Source of the DNA: Camelus ferus
Taxonomy: Eukaryota
Assembly: GCF_009834535.1 (NCBI RefSeq)
Contig: NC_045696.1
Location: 9,736,001-9,800,000 of the forward strand
Direction: 5' to 3'
DNA: 64,000 nt
Shown: in pieces, positions 60,071-64,000 of the stretch
Position numbering within the stretch: the first letter of the stretch is position 1
Layout: each line of letters begins with the position of its first letter
Notes under the pieces: generated by a model
The model's input: only the letters and a program-made list of their open reading frames with translations
Told to the model about the DNA's origin: nothing
The model's database searches: none
Position numbers and translations under genes: made by a program

Positions 60071-61142
60071 AAGGAAAATGGAAAACTCCCCCCAGATAGC
60101 ACCTGAGTGAACGTACATCAGGACGCAAACCATTTGACAGAAGAGGCTGTGTTCCCGCCAGCCCTGGCTGAGCGCCTGCGCTTGCAGGAAACTCCTAATG
60201 AAACAGGAAGTAGCATATTTTCCCAGATAATCTCCACTTTATCCCTTTTATTTCCAGTGCACAGTTCCTAATGACCCTCTTTACTGAATACTGCTCTTCA
60301 AAGAGACTTTTTATAGCCTTGTGCCTCTGGAGGAAGTTGAAGATGGATGCTGTCCCGGCTCTTAAGATAAGCAAAGTTGAGGAATCGGACCATCCAGGGT
60401 GGGGACAGGCAGCGCTACAGAGAGGGAAGCCCTGGACCAGCTGGGCTGGGCTCCTCCTGGCTCCTGGGCACCTGGCTTGCACATCTGTCTGTGCTTCCAT
60501 CTCACCACCGTTAAAAAGTGGTAGAAGCCAGACCTCTGAGTCCCCTTCTATTTCAACATGGTCTGAGCGTACAAATTAGCATAACCAGAGGCTTGACTTA
60601 GTAAATGGCACTTTCCATCCTCTGGGCTGCTGACAGACACCCTGGGCGGGGCCCCGCTTGGGGAAGATGGAAAGGCTGCTCAATTTCTTCTAATTCACCA
60701 ACTCTGAGGGGCCCGAGGAGATGCCAGGGACGATTCCAGGAAAAAGCCTCATTGTCACCCACCACAGAAGCCATCCGGCAGCCCGGGACCCTGGGTCCTC
60801 AGCTTCCCAGGCCTGGGGCAGAGACCACATACGGAACTGTCTAAACGAGAATTCTCTGACTGTGGTGTCAGGTCAGGCCCACAGAGCAGATTATCTGGAG
60901 CTAAGCAGAAATGAAATTTCAGTTAGTTTCTAGATCAGTTTTCTGGTGTGAGAGGATAAGGGTCTGAGACAAATTAGAGCACGCCAGCTGTGCTCTCTTC
61001 TGCAACTCCCGATGGTCTCCGGCCTTGCCGGGCTGCCGCTGCTGTCAGTTGAAAATCCAGGATGCTGGATGCTGATTTCATTTCTTTCTCAGTTTGGCAG
61101 TCTCTGGCTTGGTATTGCTTATTCTTTTATGTGAGTTACACT

Positions 61143-61327
61143 AAAGTTACTACATTAAACACAGGATGGCCAGGTAAAACTGAATGTCAAATAATGCATC
61201 AGTTTTTGCTACAAGTATTATTTCATGCAATATTTGGAGCATATTTATGTGAAAAAATGACATTATTTATCTGAAATTCAAATTTAATTGACCATTCTGC
61301 ACTTTCATTTGCTAAATATGATAACCA
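61143..61327. mobile_element. MER53-like palindromic hAT MITE
   Basis: caggatggccaggtaaaactgaatgtcaaata...tttatctgaaattcaaatttaattgacc...atttgctaaatatgataacc. Confidence 0.7.
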
Positions 61328-62044
61328 TAAATCATATCCAAATACAGTCTCAAAATACATCTCAAACCCAACTCCTGCCCCGCCAAGACAGAAAACTCTC
61401 AAAATTTGTCTTATTTGCAGAATATGTTAAAAAAAAAAAAAAAGACCTATCAGTAGTAAATCAAAACAACAAAAAGAAAGATGCATCTTCTTACAAGTCC
61501 CCCTAAATTACGAGCTCAGCACGCCACTGGCCAAAGCACTGGCGCCGCTGGCTCTGTGGGCTCCCCCAACTCAACAGCAACTGGCTTCCGACTCATCAGG
61601 GGAGTGGGAAAAAGGGGGGGGGTGCAGAACTCAAAGGTGGCTACTTCCCCACAACAGGTCTGCCGGGGCTGAGGGACAGTGAGGAGGCAGGTGCTGATGG
61701 CAGAGGAAAGACAGGAAACAGGGCCAGACCTCAATGGCCACAGAACACTCAGGTCCCGCACCAAGGGTGGCGCCCACCACAATGACAACCATGAGAAGAC
61801 GGGAAAAGCGACTGCCCAGGAGTCAAGGGTCAGACACATCCCACCCACCCTCACCCCAGCGTCTCCAAGTCTTGAACTTGGGCTGATAACCGGGTAGCCT
61901 GACTCCCAGACACTGCTGCCATTCTAGACAGACTGAGCTGTGAGGCCGGCGACAGTGCCCAGTGTTGGGGTACGTGAAGAGACAAAAACACATCCCCCCA
62001 AGTTTTTGAAAATCACGCTTTCACTCTGATCAAAAGTTACTCAT

Positions 62045-62419
62045 AAAATACGATGGTCTTAAAATTTTATTTTGCATGGTTGTATACAGTCTGAATGACT
62101 AGCTTGCAACCCAAGGCAGTTTTTACAAGCTTTGCTCTTCAAAATAGTGTTAGTGTTGTTGCAGGGCAAAAGTCCTGACACATTACATTCAGGAAACAGA
62201 ATCGAGGAAGCCAAGTGGGGACCACAGATCACAAAGAGGCTCTAAGCAAGCCATGCCCCTACTTCCCACAGCAACGAGGATCAAGAGCTAAAAATATCTC
62301 AGAAAAATCAAGTGGCGCCTGCAGCACCCTCTTATATAAAGGTCAAGCTTGTAAATTATTAATCCACGGTGCTCAAAAGTGAGAGAATTAAATATAAGGC
62401 TAAGATCTGGCAAATCTTC
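62045..62419 (-). other. MRPS6: MRPS6 3' UTR (cleavage site approximate)
   Basis: Unique sequence between the stop codon and the first well-formed poly(A) signal. Confidence 0.75.
62066..62071 (-). terminator. Polyadenylation signal AATAAA of MRPS6
   Basis: Plus-strand tttatt at 62066-62071. A UGUA element lies just upstream (62088-62085) and a U/GU-rich tract downstream (~61980-62040 on the minus strand). Confidence 0.75.
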
Positions 62420-62609
62420 TCACTTCCTCCTCTTCGTGGAATACAGCTTCTCTTCAAGTGGGACTGGGACGATCCCTTCACACTTTTTCACTTCCTGAGT
62501 CAGAGGGTGTTTTACAATATTCGGTCTAATCACATCAGTGTCTCGAGACAGATACTCCATTATGCCGTCAACAGTTGTTGTTGGCGCATAAAAATCCACC
62601 AAGAAATAC
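62420..62609 (-). CDS. MRPS6: Final coding exon of mitochondrial ribosomal protein S6 (bS6m); upstream exons lie beyond the right edge of the window
   Basis: Translates to (G)[62 protein letters not shown], recognisably the C-terminal half of mammalian MRPS6. It is preceded on the minus strand by a T-rich tract and acceptor (tttttattttattgcAG, AG at 62611-62610). One carried-over base G at 62609, TGA stop at 62422-62420. The N-terminal part of the listed ORF 62420..62686 is intron. Confidence 0.97.
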
Positions 62610-64000
62610 CTGCAATAAAATAAAAATTTGTGAATATCCTGCATTCTGAAACACAGCGGTTTCACTACTTTGGTCAGTGTTTTCACTTTACTCCTCCCCA
62701 GATAAAGACATCAACCACACACACACACACAACACATCTCTGTCAAAACAGAAACCGCCGGCGGACCCGCTGACCCCCAGTGCCGCAGCGCGCCCACCTC
62801 CCTTTGTGACGGCCTTCCCCCTTACACTCTTGTGAAAATCTGGACCCAAACAAGCTCAGTGGTAGAAAAAAAGCAACGTGACGTTACATGCAGTAGGAAA
62901 TACTAGAAAGATGGTAAAATTATGGTACAAGAACAGAATTTGCTATTCAGCAAAGCCTGAATTTTCTAAACCATTAGCTGATTTTTTTGAGTGTGGAAAC
63001 ACCTACTAATCTTCTAATTTTCCAAAGGATTTTACAAGTGACTAAATGCACCAAAGAGATACAGAAGGAACCACCGGCCGTACTTCACAAACAAGGAAAA
63101 AGAAAAGGCCTGGGACTTGTCTAAGACTACCTTGCATGGTCAAGAACTGACAGAAAACAACAACAAAATTACCTGAGTTTTGGGTAAGAGAAAGAATTTC
63201 ATATTCATCCACCCAGACCAGACTAGTACAGACAGGCACCTCATACAGCTCCCTGGTCTTAAAAAAGGAAAACAACTTCACAGCGGTCTGCGGGAGGACG
63301 GCACAAAGGAGGAAGCATCTCTGGTCCCTGCCCCCACTCCGCTCAGTTCTGAAAGTTTAAGCCTCCCTTGTCCTGTTTAGTTTGGACAACAGTGCTGTTA
63401 AAGGACAGTTTTCAGTGCAGTATTTCAGAATTCTACAACGTTCCAGCTGGTTAGGATGACCTCTGACACCCCTCATTTTGTTCCAGCCACACTCTTCTCC
63501 CAAGCCTAGTCCCATCCTCGGTCTTCACTGTGCCTCTGCCGGAAGTGGTCTTTACCCACGTCCACACAGCTCCTCCCTCGCTTCCATCACGTCTCCGTCC
63601 AAAAGTCAACTGGTGAGAGAGGCCTTCTGTCCCACCCACCCAGCCATCACTCTTATCTCCCTTACTTACGCTTTGCTTTTCTCCCCCACAGCACTTTATC
63701 ACCCCTGACACAGCACACGCTTGTTTACAGTCTGTCTCGCTCCACTAACAGATAGCTGCCCTAGGAAGGGCCGTGTCGCTACAGCCCCAGCACCCTGCGC
63801 AGAGGCTGACGTCCCTCCATCAGGCCCGCAGTAAATACCTGACAGCGGTGGTGCAGCATAAAAGGCGGGATTCTCATAGAAAGTAGGAAAGACAAGCTTA
63901 AAATGGACAAATTCAGCAAGAAAGTTACGACAAAAAGTACGGCATTTTGTTAATTCCATACAAAGAGGGTTCAAAACTTGAAAGAAAATTTGCCGTGCGA
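62610..64000 (-). other. MRPS6: 3' end of the last MRPS6 intron
   Basis: Lies 5' of the acceptor on the minus strand; contains an (AC)n tract and an L2 fragment; no further MRPS6-like peptide seen. Confidence 0.85.
63450..63840 (+). mobile_element. L2 3' fragment in the MRPS6 intron
   Basis: ccagccacact...tgcctctgccggaa...gagaggccttct...cacagcactttatcacc...cagtaaatacct. Confidence 0.65.

Noticed and set aside
1..64000. CRISPR arrays, operons, rRNA genes or other prokaryotic systems
   Set aside because: No regularly spaced repeat-spacer structure or dense gene packing; the sequence is mammalian intergenic and intronic DNA.

Overview
Mammalian, repeat-rich, largely non-coding DNA. Two tRNA-derived SINEs of the camelid Vic-1 type suggest alpaca, llama or camel. 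The only protein-coding sequence I can support is the last coding exon of MRPS6 (mitoribosomal bS6m) on the minus strand at 62420-62609, with its 3' UTR and poly(A) signal at 62066-62071. The remaining ~62 kb lies downstream of MRPS6. By human synteny this should be the MRPS6/SLC5A3-LINC00310-KCNE2 interval (inference). It holds L1, L2, MIR, MaLR/ERVL/ERV1 LTRs, hAT and TcMar DNA-transposon relics, and microsatellites. The unique sequence includes three CpG-rich promoter-like islands with no coding gene attached (~12.0, 30.9 and 46.6 kb) and homeodomain-motif clusters (~27.0, 27.5 and 32.3 kb). I found no evidence of a new protein-coding system. The best leads are this putative cis-regulatory or lncRNA landscape and several readable rearrangements: a four-level TE nest, an inverted LTR pair and a short local duplication. 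Repeat family names come from recalled consensus sequences and their boundaries are approximate; both need Dfam/RepeatMasker confirmation.
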